Source: Nemertoderma westbladi
Lineage: Eukaryota > Animalia > Xenacoelomorpha
Assembly: GCA_032718475.1 (NCBI GenBank)
Contig: JAUCBJ010008713.1
Span: 1-38,646 of the forward strand
Direction of reading: 5' to 3'
DNA: 38,646 bases
Both the position numbers and the translations under genes were made by a program. The notes below the pieces were generated by a model. The model worked only from the letters and a program-made list of their open reading frames with translations, was not told where the DNA came from and ran no database searches. Positions within the stretch are counted from its first letter, which is position 1, and each line of letters begins with the position of its first letter. Below, piece by piece: positions 10,567 through 22,242 of this stretch.

Positions 10567-10746
10567 ATGTTACCGGTAAGTCTTAAACTATTTTCTCTGC
10601 TGTCAGCTCTTTTCCTTTCGCCACTAAATCCAACAGGCGTCTGCGGCGATAAAGAAGGGAAGTTGTACCTCATCAACTTTGGGTTGGATGTTCCCTTATG
10701 TGACGATGGAAACAATGGAACTAAATCCGGTTTGATTCTAAAACAG
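10567..10746 (+). CDS. Exon 1 of a secreted fibrinogen-related protein (signal peptide)
   Basis: AAAATG start; hydrophobic MLPVSLKLFSLLSALFLS; phase-0 donor CAG|GTTAGT at 10746/10747 joins in frame to the acceptor ending at 11789. Confidence 0.6.
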
Positions 10747-11501
10747 GTTAGTTTATTATTTAATTCATAAAGTATTCATTTAGCTTTTTTATCGTAATTT
10801 TTCATTTAATAATTTGCTGTGATAATATAACCCTCCTCTATGAATAATGTTTGATTTATTCTTCAAAGCAGAGAAACGTTTTCTCACATAATAATTCCAT
10901 TACCTAAATAAAAGGTTAGCATCCTAAAGAGAGTGACAGCGCAGATATGACTGTAGCCAATAGCCAGTTCCTCACCAACCGTCTGTTATTTATTCAGTTC
11001 ACATTTATTTTTGTTTTTGTCGAGTATTGCAGACTAGTTTGCTATTCTGTGTTGGAATATCCATATTGGGTGTCCAGTTGTCCTTTTTGGTTCTCCATTT
11101 GTCCGTATAGGTTATCCGCGTCTCCGGTACCATATTATTCCATATTATGCTATATTATTCCATATTATACCATATTATTCTTTCATCAATAGCTATTTAT
11201 AATTTATTTATTATTACAGGCTATAATGATGGACTATGTGGAGCCGTTAATGTAAGTGTATTAGTTATATTAAATTATTATTATTATTTTATATCCACAG
11301 TATTGAATCGCACATTTTCAACATTAAACTCAGATTCACCAGTAATGATTGGACTGGGAGGAAAAAGTTGTGAACAATGTAAACAATGTACAATCAATAA
11401 TATTTTTCTTCCCAATAAATATGATCTGAACAAAGGCTTATTTTCTTATCGTTACAAAGATTTTTATATAAAGCAGACATCACTAATTATCCTACCCCAC
11501 A

Positions 11502-11580
11502 TAAAGGCGGCACAGTGCCGTTTTCAAAATTTGTAACTCTCTCTCATTTGAACCTCATGTGCGCCACACTGCCGCCTTAA
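11502..11580. mobile_element. Tiny inverted-repeat element, possibly a Kolobok-like MITE remnant, in the FReD intron
   Basis: aaggcggca ... tgccgcctt inverted ends flanked by TAAA and TTAA. Confidence 0.3.
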
Positions 11581-11789
11581 TCATTTGTAACATAATTATT
11601 TGCTAAAGTTAATTTCATGCGATTTCATAGATATTGTAAGTGGTGAAAAGTTGAGTTGAATTCGTTATTAAAAAACATCTATAATACCATAGGCCCGCCC
11701 TCTAAAAGGAATCGGAATGGATCTTTGCACAAATCTTACCGGATCTCACACCCCCTCACTCAACGGTATTCACTAATATTTCCTAACAG

Positions 11790-12513
11790 GTTACAGAATT
11801 GGAAGAACAGAATACAGAGTTGAAAGAAAATATTACTCAGTTGAGTGACCAAGTAATCGATATAAATACAACCTTAACTAACCAAGTCGATGAGCTAAAG
11901 AACGTTGTTAGTTTCTTTAGCCAATTCTTGTTTGGGCAGGAGATAAAGATTCAACAAACAGTTGATGGTCCGGAGATAAAGATTCAACAAAGAGTTGATG
12001 GATCTGTTGACTTCTATCGAAACTGGGATGAATATGTTGAAGGATTTGGCGACTCCGAATACGAATTTTTGGATGGGGTTGGAGACGATCCACAAGCTGA
12101 GTAAAGGCGGGGTGAAGTTGAGAGTCGATTTGTGGTTCACTGGAAGGGGGTGGGATGTTAAAACCAAGGAGCGGGTGAATTACACCAACGAACACCGATA
12201 CGCGGAATACAACAACTTCTCTATCGGATCAGCTGCAACTAATTACACCCTACATGTATCCGGTTACCATGGTACTGCTGGTGACTCATTGGAGTTTCAC
12301 AACGGTCTCCCATTCTCTACCAAGGACCGCGATAATGACGAGTTAGACGACTACAACTGCGCCGTAGAACTTACTGGGTCGTGGTGGTACAATGGCTGCC
12401 GGCGCAGTAACTTGAACGGAGAATATGGTGCGGAGTGGCCGAAAGGACCTTATTGGGTTCATTTTACTGGAGGGAATCCGGCTTCTCGAGTTGAAATGAA
12501 GATTTTGATTTAG
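11790..12513 (+). pseudogene. Coiled coil plus fibrinogen C-terminal domain (FReD/FREP, ficolin/angiopoietin-like); 1-nt frameshift (pseudogene or sequencing error)
   Basis: Acceptor cactaatatttcctaacag|; IQQRVDGSVDFYRNWDEYVEGFG, EFWMGLETIH, LRVDL, FSTKDRDND, NCA...GSWWYNGC..SNLNGEY, EMKI. One extra T in the run at 12066-12070 splits ORFs 11799 and 11995. Confidence 0.9.
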
Positions 12514-12599
12514 TGAAACTGTAAGATTTATATAAAATTACTAAATAATTTCAACAGAGTAGCGTTGGAAACTAACTTTTACATTTAATTATAAAATAT

Positions 12600-12605
12600 A
12601 ATAAA
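12600..12605 (+). terminator. Candidate polyadenylation signal of the FReD gene
   Basis: AATAAA about 90 nt after the stop at 12513; the AT-rich context weakens specificity. Confidence 0.35.
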
Positions 12606-12915
12606 TAATATTAATATAATTATAAAAAATTATAATAATAAATATTAAATAATATATTTATATAAATATAAATAAAATATAATAATATATTTGGGTGAAA
12701 AGTTAATAATAATTATTAATAATACTGTAGTTCCGGAATAAATATCGTTTTTTACTATAAAATTATTTACTTTAACGTTTTTATTATTTATTTTACAGTT
12801 TGAATTCCCAATGAGTTGTAGAAGAGATACTGTACCTTGGTCTACAGTTCTATATGATTCATTAAACACAACTGCTATATGTTACCGGTACCAGTTTATA
12901 TGTGTGATGGTTATG

Positions 12916-13023
12916 GGTTATTGGTTAATGTTTGGTTAACCCCTTCCATATATGGTTATTGGTTTATGTTTGGTTTAACACCTTCCATATATGGTTATTG
13001 GTTTATGTTTGGTTTAACCCCTT
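12916..13023. repeat. ~39-bp tandem repeat, about 2.7 copies
   Basis: ccttccatatatggttattggtttatgtttggtttaac repeated. Confidence 0.9.
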
Positions 13024-13329
13024 AGATACTGAAGAGAAAGTAAAGGCCCCACCTAGATCACTGAATGTTTTCTTCTTTAATATAAATCCCACATGGCAAT
13101 TTTATGTAATAACAGAGCACCTAAACTAATTATGAGAATATATATGCTACTTTTATCGACCTAATAAACTTTTTTTAAAGAAATTCTATAAGATAAATGT
13201 TAAAGAACTGCCGAAACCCTTTCGAATGAGCCTAAAAATCATTAGATTTGGTTGAAAAATGGCGGACGAGTAGTTGTGTTTTAAAAATGATAAATGTCAT
13301 TCTGAGATAATTGATTTTAAAGGTTGCCT

Positions 13330-14038
13330 TCCCGCGCAAAAACTGTCTGCTAATATGTGAGAATGTCTGTCAATACTTTTCTAGCAACAAGAAAGAACAT
13401 AACCATGCTCAGATTTTTGTCATGGGGATTTTCATGGTCGTTGATTTCATTTCTGAGGTCAGGTTTTACTTTGAATGAAATCTAGTTTGTCTGTATGTCT
13501 GTTTGGCGGTCTATCTGACTATCCGACAATATGTCCGTCAAATATAATAAAAGGGCACCCCTTCTCTCAAAAAGTTTTGCTATAGGTCGTTTTGCTGGTC
13601 GCAGAATTCATTTCGAGTGTCAGTTTAACATTTGTTGACTTTCAAATTGTCTGTTTGGCTGTCAGGCTGTCGGTTATATTTTGACGGACAGACTGACAGG
13701 CATATAGACAGAAACGAATAATTATTTGAATAATGATTATTTGAATAATCAGAACTGAAGTCACCGACCTGACAAGCCGTATATGGAATTTTTTAGGCAG
13801 TTTGTATGTTTTTTATTGACGGACAGACAAACTGAGAGACAGACCGACAATCAAACGGACAGACAGCCATATCTCGAGAATTAAAATAGATCTTGCTAAA
13901 CGGTTTGAAAATTTGGAATCGTGATAAAAAAAATCTGCTGTAGATTAAATCGTAAAAAAAATTTGAAAAAATTTTTGAAGGGGGGGGGGGGGGGGGGGGT
14001 GAGTGCGTGAATATGAAGATTATAAGGTTTGTGACTAG
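13330..14038. mobile_element. Probable non-autonomous DNA-element remnants with degenerate (GTCT/GACA)n tracts (Helitron/Helentron-associated style)
   Basis: ctgtctgtttggc-type tracts at ~13490 and ~13650; gacggacagaca tracts at 13683 and 13818-13866; poly-G; ends CTAG at 14035-14038. The family assignment is inference only. Confidence 0.3.
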
Positions 14039-14039
14039 C

Positions 14040-14150
14040 TGTCTGGTACTGGTCGTCCGTATATTCAGTAAGTCAGTATACCGGAATATCCATAACGCAT
14101 ACCGATACAACAAGACAAGGGGCGAGCCATCGAGGCGAGTCTACTATACA
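14040..14150 (-). repeat. Candidate short (111-bp) 3' LTR of the Gypsy element
   Basis: Minus strand TGTATAGT...CCAGACA preceded by purine-rich GAAGGGGTA; the motif ggggcgagccat occurs 3 times between 14119 and 14270. Confidence 0.45.
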
Positions 14151-14418
14151 TACCCCTTCGGCGAAGAGGGTGAGCTAAGTGCGATCTTGTTCGGATACAG
14201 GTGGGGGCGAGCCATCGAGGCAAGTCTACTACAAGTCTACTACATTAGAATAAGGGGTTGGGGCGAGCCATAGGGGTGGGTCTTCTATTCATTACCATAA
14301 CCATAATATGCTGGTGGTTGGACGAGTCTGTCAGAACGAGTATGGGTCGGGTTGGTTGGTTGTTGAGAGGCAACGGTGGACCATGGCCTCTGTGTTGGTG
14401 GATTGTGTGGTGTTTGAG

Positions 14419-17412
14419 TCACGGGTGTTGGTGGGGCGAGATGTGATGGCAGTGTGGGCTCAGGTTGGGCAGACGTAGGGGGTGGGGCGGGCGGGCCGCT
14501 AGGGGGCGCCTGAATGTGCGGACACACAAAAGGACGCAGTTCTGTCGCACAATTCGCCGGCTCTCTTGGCGCACGTGGAAGTCGTGGTTGGGGAGGGCCT
14601 CGACCATGGTTCCAAGGCCAGTCCAACGAAGGAAAACCTGGAAAACCTGGAAAGCCAGGATCCCCTGCGCGATTGCGTCCGAGTCGTGGTTGGCCCTCAG
14701 GATGAGTTTCTTCATGGCCTTGACCGCGGCCTCGGCGCGGCCATTGGTGTGCGCCAGGTAGGGGCTGGAGGGCTCGAGCTGGACCCCCCACTGGTGGAGA
14801 AACTGGCGGACTTCGTTGGATACGAATTGGGGGCTGCTGTCGGGGTGGATGATTGTAGGGACAGTGGTGGCGAGGAAGAGGTGGTGGAGGCAGTCGATGA
14901 TCGCGCGAGATGTTGTGTCTGAGTTGAGGCGGTACAGCATGGGCCAGTCGGTATACTCATCGGTGACCCCTAAGTATTTAATGGCGCCGACCTGGAAGAT
15001 GTCAGCATGGGCGCGCTGGAAGGGCCTCATGGCCTCCGGGTTGTGTTGGAGGGGCTCAGGGGCGTGGGTGGGGAGGTTGGTCTGGCAGGAACGGCATTTA
15101 CTGTTTGCTGGATGTCGTTCAGTAGGGATGTCCACCAGACCGACCTGGTCGCACGATCCCGAGTCTTGTTCAGCCCCTGGTGGGCGGCGTGTAGCTGTTG
15201 GGGGGTAGTGCGGCGCAACTCAACGGGGATGTAAAGTTGAGGGCCTTTTAGGATCACCCCCTCGTGGATCATCAGGTCGGCGCGGTGGGCGAAGTAGGGC
15301 CGGAGTTGGTCGTCAACCACATTGTGTTTTGAGGTCGGCCAACCCTCTTGGATGACGTTGAGGAGGGCGCGGTAAACTGGGTCGCGTTGGCCGGCCTCCT
15401 GAACTTGCTTGATACGCGCGTCCCGGGAATCAAGCGATGGGAGTTGGCCGATGGTGGCGTTCACCATGAATTCCTGGTCTGCGTTGTCATCGGGGGTCAG
15501 TAGTAAGTCGTCGGGCTGAGGTGCGTGGAGGGGGGCATAGGAAAACGCGTCGGTGACGAGGTGCTTCGAACCGTATTGGTGGCATGCGGTGAAGTTGAAC
15601 CGGGCCAACGCAGTCTTCAACTTCAGGAGGCGATCGTTGGTTACCTGGACCAGGCGGCAGTCATTGAGTACTGGGATCAGGGGGTTGCAGTCCATCAGCA
15701 GGTCGAAGTGATGGAGGCCGTCGAGGAAGTAGCGACATTTGTGGGCAGCCCAGGCGGCACCCAAGGCCTCGAGTTCGGCCATCCCGGACCAGTTGGCCTC
15801 GTGTTTCGCGAGGTTCCGGGAACCGCACTGAATGGTCATCCACCCATTCCGGGCCAAGTCCCACCGCCTCAGAAGGAAACCAAGTCCATTCAGGCGGGAG
15901 GCATTGGTGAGGAGCTCGGTACGATGATTGGGATGGAACCTGGAGAGGTAGCGTGCGGTGGAGAGTGCGGTGCGGGTCACCTTGAATGCAGCCTGGTGCT
16001 GGGGGAGCCACAACCAAAGCGGAGTAGTTGGAGTTTAGGCTGCGGAGGGGCTCCACCAGTTGGGTGATCTCGGCGGTGGAGTTGCCGAGTTGCTGAGCCA
16101 GGCTGAGGAATGATTGGAGTTCTTTCCGACAAGTCGGGATAGGGAAGCGACGAAGGTCGTCCTTGAGCTCCAGGTCGATGCGGTGCTGGCAGTGTGAGGT
16201 AGCCGCCGAATCTCACCTCAGGAAGGCAGAACTGCACCTTCTTGGTGTTTATCGAGATGTCGGCGACGTCGCAGGCTGCGAGAACCCGGGCGACGGCTTC
16301 CTCGTGGTCTTCCTCGGTGTCGGAATACACCAGGATGTCCTCCACGATCCTGGCGATGTTGGGGATGATGTGCAGGGCCTTGGCCATTCGGGCGTTGAAA
16401 ACGTCCGAACTGCCATGCTGTCCCATGGGCATCCTGCGGTACCAGTAGTGACCATGCGGGGTGACGAAGTTGGTCAACCCCTTCAGCCCATCCAGGACTG
16501 AGAAGAATTACGCGGATGGCGGAATCCGAGAGACAACCTGGAACGGGGCTGGGGAGAAGTAGGCAGGTCGGATGGTGTGCCTGTTGAGTTGCCGGAGGTC
16601 CACCGTGATGCAAACTGAGTTGGGGTCCTTCTTCCGGGTGACAACCATGGGACTGAGCCTTGCGCTCGGGTCGTTCTCGTTGTCTGCGGGCTCAAGCATC
16701 CCCATGGTGACTTGGTCACGGAGTTCCCGGTCGAAGGCTTCCTCCAAGTTGGCGGGGATGGCACGGTTCGCATACGAGAAAGTTGGAGAGGCGTCCTCGC
16801 GGAGTTTGATTGTTATTGGGCCGCCTCTCATTACCCAACAGATCCCCGACAGTGGACGTGGGAAACGGGCCGCGAGTTTATCCCATGTGGTGCTGGTGGT
16901 TGTAGCTGCTGGTGCAGTAGCCAGGGCTGGTGGTGGGGTGGTTGGGATGGCAACCGGTTCGGGCGGGGTCGGCTGTGCTGGCCGGGCCGCAATGGAGGAG
17001 CATTGTGGGCGGTGCAGCGTACCTCCTCGCAGGATCGGGCTCGATAGGATCCTGAGGAGGAAATACGCCTTGAAGGACAGCAGTGGTTGTTGGAGACCGT
17101 CTAGCACCCAGACCTCGGTGGTGCATGCTGTGCGGAGCTCCAAGCACTGGAAGGTGGCTTTGAAGATCCCTTTGAACGACCAGCCAGTCCTACTGCCATT
17201 AGCGAGTTTGGGGGCCTGCGGGGCAGGGACTGGTTGCCGTAGGTTGGCCACCCGCCCCCGAAGGCGAGAAACGTACGGAGCGGGATTCCAGTTATGTTGG
17301 CTCCGGAGTTGGGGAGGAACTGGAGCTCGCGGATGCCGAAGGAGGTGTTGGCGGCAACCTGGAACCCGACTGTGTCGGTCTCCAGCGGCTCCAGCTGCTC
17401 CATCGCTGACAC
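14419..17412 (-). pseudogene. pol: Gypsy pol pseudogene
   Basis: PR FLPNSGANIT; RT ITVDLRQLN, LDGLKG, TPHGHYWYRRMPMG, IVEDILVYS; RNase H TNASRLNGLG, ELEALG; IN LHAAHQG, AHADIF, DSSPQF, TNGRAEAAVK. Multiple stops and frameshifts. Confidence 0.9.
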
Positions 17413-18535
17413 GAGTGGGGCATCAGTCAGTTCGGCGCTGGCGAGGAGGGACCAAACCTCGGCGAGGTTGGTCGAAGAGAAGTCGGAGTCGCTCTGAGTC
17501 GATATCGAATGGTGGGAGTGCGCTGCGGAGGATAAAAGTGTGAGGGTCGTGGTTGTTGGCGGCGGGGCGGGTGCGTATCCATGTGGGTATCCATGGCAGT
17601 GACAGATAGTGATTTTACAGTTTTAGGCAGTCAGGTATGGCAGTTTGGGCATGGGCAGTGAGTGTCACGGTAGGTTCGAGAACCAAAGCTGCAATATTCT
17701 ACAGTATGAGACAATGTCGGGGGGGGGGGGGGGGGGGTGTTTAAACACTCAATCAAAGGAAAAAATTTAGTAATTATCTAAGGGAATAATTTATACAGTA
17801 GGCCTACCTAGAGTGCTACAATATCTCAGGTTACAATACCTACAGTTGTTATACAGTAGTACAGACAATATGTACTGTATTTAAATTTTCATTTGTACAT
17901 TTTTGCAGTGAACAAATAAAAATATTAAACTGTCAAAAATTAAACTGCATTTACATAAACCACCAACGCCAACACCAACCCCCCGACTCTACCTCAATTT
18001 GCAGAACTGAAATTATTGGATAGATATATGGTTTCTTATCTTAGAATAATCGATTAGAAACAGTTTACAATTTATTATTTTCAATAAATTCATAATTATG
18101 AATTATCTAATATGGTTGTAAATAAGATCAAATATATAGATTTTAATAATCGAATTAATATTTTTTGGTGATCGCTTAAAGTTATATAGGATACTCCTAA
18201 GTCTTAATTATATTATATTATATAATTATAATTATTTATATTATTATTATTATTATTTATATTTAATAATAATTAATTATTATTATAATTATTTATATTT
18301 AATAATAATTAATTATTATTATAATTATATAATTATATTATATATTATCTTATTATACTCAAACGATTACATCTCAGTTTGTATAGAGTATTGTAGGTGT
18401 AGGGCCGTAGGGTGTAGGCATAGGGTAGGTAAGGTAGGCTAAGCACTCCAGCCCCCCCCCCCCCCCCTCCCCTCATCTCTCCACAGAGTATGCACAAGGA
18501 ACGCCATGTGATTGGACAACGCTAATTTTTTTTAA

Positions 18536-18770
18536 CCTGGGCAGCTACAAATGCCGCTAAATCCATGCTAAAGCGCCGCTAAGGAACCGCTAAAAACCGG
18601 ATAATTATCCCCCTAAAAACGCCGCGATCGCGGGGACCACTTTTACAGCGATTATCCGGATATTATCTTATAAAAATAGCGGGATATTAGCATGATGGTA
18701 CATACATCCCGCTATTAGCGTGCTAATCGCTGGATATGTATTTGCGGGGGGGTCTCTGCAAGCTATCCTA
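18536..18770. repeat. Cluster of short CCGCTA/TAGCG and TATCC/GGATA motifs in both orientations; resembles the subterminal repeats of a DNA transposon
   Basis: ccgctaa x3, ccgcta, tagcg and ggata repeats in a GC-richer island. Confidence 0.35.
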
Positions 18771-19433
18771 GAAGAATTACAAATAGGAATAATGTATATA
18801 AGAATATGTAGACCTATATAGCTAACAATTAAATAGATGCTAAATACTAATTAGACATGGTGACATTTACTGTATTTTAATTTCCAATACTGGTGTTTAC
18901 AAAAAGTTATAATTGGAGAGGATAATTGAAAGGCTGTTGTTACCTTAACAATCCAAATAAGAGTTCAACTGGGTCTGTATATCTATATACAGCCGCGGTG
19001 GTCTGCATACTAAGTAATCGGGTTTATTGTAGAATTAATTCTAATTGATTTAGTTTGTAATTATTAATATTAATATTATAGGGCTACATACAGTAATTAA
19101 ATACAACATTAAACAACAAAAAAAATGAACTTTATATTTATCAACCCGCAATATTTTTCAAATTCAATCGAATACTAAGGAAATTGGTTTGATCATACAC
19201 TTTTTTTACTACTGGTCTGGCAGGATGTTTCCCTTTTTCTTTACTACACAATGTTTAGCACTACTTAACCACCTCCATCTCATATTTCGATTTTGGAATA
19301 TAATCTCGAGATCTCATTGGAACTATCAACTTTATCTCCAGATTCCGAAACCGTTTTTAGCCCGTTTTCTATTTAGATGCAATACCGTAGCGACACCTAG
19401 CGGTTAATAGCTGCAAATAAGCTGTATAAAACA

Positions 19434-19441
19434 TGGTGACC
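19434..19441 (+). promoter_or_regulatory. Candidate primer-binding site of BEL element B
   Basis: ...AAAACA|TGGTGACC, an 8-nt match to a tRNA-Trp-type 3' end, ~450 nt upstream of gag; no matching 5' LTR confirmed. Confidence 0.3.
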
Positions 19442-19887
19442 GAACATGCCGTTAGGCGTTCTCGAATTAGCGCACGTCCAGATAGGTGACGGCTTTGTAG
19501 CTAAATATAAATCGGGGCTTAAATTCGACCGAGAATTGCGTGGCTAATTCGGTAGTGACACATCAAGGATCTTTTTAACGGCTTGATAAAGCGAAATAAC
19601 TAGAAAAATTAGAAATTAGAAACCCGCCCAGGTCAGTACCGGTAGTAAGAAAACTATGTCGAACTTCCATCATTAGGAATGGAAGTTTTCCGGATATATG
19701 ATTTATTGAGGAATTTTCCGATGGCCATTATGAAGGAATAACTTTTTTATATAGTATAATACAGAATTGAAGCAGTATTATTATTATTTTTATGTATTAT
19801 TTTATGGCTTTCTAGAACAGTGATACTGAATTACTAGACTTGCTTTAACTGTAATATAGCAGTAGGCATTCAACTGTACAATCAAAC

Positions 19888-22242
19888 ATGGCTGACACAA
19901 GGCAAACTCTGTCAGATAGTCTCCTAGAAACAACAGTCTGTTTCTCAGATAGGAGTATAGAGAATCCCAGACCGAGGTCTGAGACCCCTCCTACTGTAAG
20001 AAAGACAACCCCTACAGTAGCTGTGTCAGAACCTAGGTTAGTAGAAGCAATTTCGCAATTTGCGAAGTTAGTGAAGCGCCGTAGGTCTGTCATAGGCACT
20101 CGGGCTCAAGTCAAGCGAGACCAAGAAGCAGTGGAACAGCAGCAACACTCGAGCCGAGAACTTATTTCTCAGCGACCCGACAGCTCCAGTAGTGCGGATA
20201 CTGTAGAGCTGACACCCGAGCGCGGAGCAAAGATGGCAGATGCGGTTTATACGGATCCCCTTCTCATTCTTCCAGGGAACGTACTCGCTAGAGTATTGAT
20301 CGCTGTGGAAGAACATCCAGTCAGTTGGGCGAGAAGTAAGCGATCGCCCGGGGACGGTTGTGCGGGATACATGAGGGAGGTCAGTTATGCGGGATATACG
20401 GTGGAGGAACTGAAGTCTATTGTCGAGAAGCAATGTAACTTCCCCGGACCCGGACTCCTGTTTGACTTATCGGAAGCTGCCTGGGAAGACATACACAGGA
20501 TGGGAGTAACAAAAGAAACCAGCGATCCAGCTGTGTGGAAGAGGTCCGCAGCAGGATACGTACAGGGATTCTTCAGCTCTATGGAGCGATTAGAGGGGCA
20601 ACTGTTTAGACAACCCCAAGGACCTCAAGAGCAGGGAGAGCTGCTTTATCAAGTTCGAGAAAGAATTCTAAGAATCAGACTAATCCTATCGGCCTTTGAG
20701 GAAGCTTCGAAAAGAAGACAAGACACGTCGTTGCAAGTTGCTGTAAAGACTTGGTTCCAGCGGGTGAGTCTCCAGGTTCAAGGAACGGCCCAGTGGACAG
20801 CTCGGCGGGCTGAGCGCTCAACCCATGGAGAATCAACAGACGCTACCTTTTCCCAAGTGGAAAGCGAAGCAACAGCAGAGAAACCGCATAAGAGAGATGC
20901 TATTGATATCTATCTGTCAGACTATCAACGATTTGTAGGTGACGAAGAGTTGAGGAGACGGCTGTCTGGACTTCGCCCTAATAATGAAGGAGCCAAGCTT
21001 GTGTTGGACGCAATCGATGCGGATATGTTAGCTGCGAACCAAGCTAAATTTGATGAAAGACTCCGCATCGCTAGGGTCCAAGAAGAACAAGTCAAGAAAA
21101 AACGTATAGAAGACAGAAAGAAAATAGCAGCGGCAGCGGCAGTGGCAGTGGCAGAAGCGGAAAGAAAAGCGGCAGTGGCAGTGGCAGAAGCGGAAAGAAA
21201 AGCAGCAGCAGCAGTAGCAGCGGCAGAAGCGGAAAGAAAAGTGGCAGCGGCCGAAACGGAAAGAAAGGCGGTAGTGGCAGCGGCAGAGGCAGTGGCAGAA
21301 GCAGAACGGAGGGCATCTGAAGAAACAACTCAACTAGAGTTGGAAAATCTTCAAGAGAATCAAGACTGCATAAATAAACAGTTAACAGCTAGTCAAATGC
21401 AGATGATGAGTCGATCTACTCCCAAAAGACAGGGATATACATCATCTGAGGAAGGCGATACCACCAATCCTGAAGGCGGAGGAAATCGATCTCACCTAAG
21501 CAGACGTAGAAGAATGTCCCACTGTCAGAAATTGCCTGATTTGCTCCCAGCTGTTAGAATGCAACTAACTAACACAGACTTAGGTAGTACAGAACCCACA
21601 GACCAAATAATTAAAATAGAAAGACTCCCTACTATAGTAGATGAGCCTGAAATAATTAGGCCTGTTCTCGAAGCCACCCCTTCGGTGATAGAGACACCTG
21701 TACTCCCTGAACCTACCTCTAAATTCCCTCTGCACAGCACTAAGCTACCTGTGCCCCACAGAACCACCCTTGAAAATGTTCATGTCCTGGACTCCGAGCG
21801 AAATTTTAATGATTTGTCGCCCATTGTCCCGCGTCCGCCCGCTACAACGTTGGCGCCTCGTGCTTCGGCGGTCGAGTGGGTAGATGAGGGACGACGGGAG
21901 ATGGGTCTCCTGCTCGGGCAGCTGAGGGAACACCGTTCCCGCTCCTCTCATCAAGTCCAGGAGATGGAGGGGACTGTGCAGCAGTTAAAGGGAACAATTA
22001 GAGAGAGTAGGTTAGAGTTGCAAGAAGTGCAGCAAAGTATCGCGTTAGAACGCGATAAATTAGTAAATACACAAAAGGGTATACCACCACCCCCTGTAAC
22101 AATGTGTCAACCTGTTAGGTCTGAAGTATTTCATGCGCAAGGTGTGGAGCCTACACGCATCTATACTGCTAGTAAAGTGGAAACTCCTATAGTAAACCCT
22201 ATTAAGGGTAATTATAAACCTATTGATAATAATAATAAATAA
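19888..22242 (+). pseudogene. gag: BEL/Pao element B Gag, N-terminal part (784 aa); frameshifted relative to the next ORF
   Basis: Collinear homology to element A (RIRLILSAF, DAI..YL..Y...VG..ELR.RL.GL.P, LPDL.P, DNNN); the frame breaks at the AAT repeat near 22225-22255. Confidence 0.8.
21127..21310 (+). repeat. Coding tandem repeat (AAVAVAEAERK-like, ~30-39 bp units, about 5 copies) in the Gag coiled coil
   Basis: gcagtggcagtggcagaagcggaaagaaaa repeated. Confidence 0.9.

Larger units (their letters stand above)
14040..17545 (-). mobile_element. Degenerate Ty3/Gypsy LTR retrotransposon (possibly Mag-like), 5'-truncated
   Basis: GC-rich block with domain order PR-RT-RH-IN spread over several frames; no gag or 5' LTR seen. 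Confidence 0.9.

Noticed and set aside
14258-17543. Many overlapping ORFs on both strands, including the 323-aa ORF 16572..17543 (+)
   Set aside because: Expected in GC-rich Gypsy pol; only the minus-strand fragments carry domain motifs.
18190-18360. AT-rich stretch as the 5' LTR of element B
   Set aside because: Low complexity, with no specific match to the sequence starting at 24929.
21028-21333. Cys-rich and Leu/Pro-rich minus-strand ORFs
   Set aside because: Reverse-complement readings of the AEAERK coding repeat.
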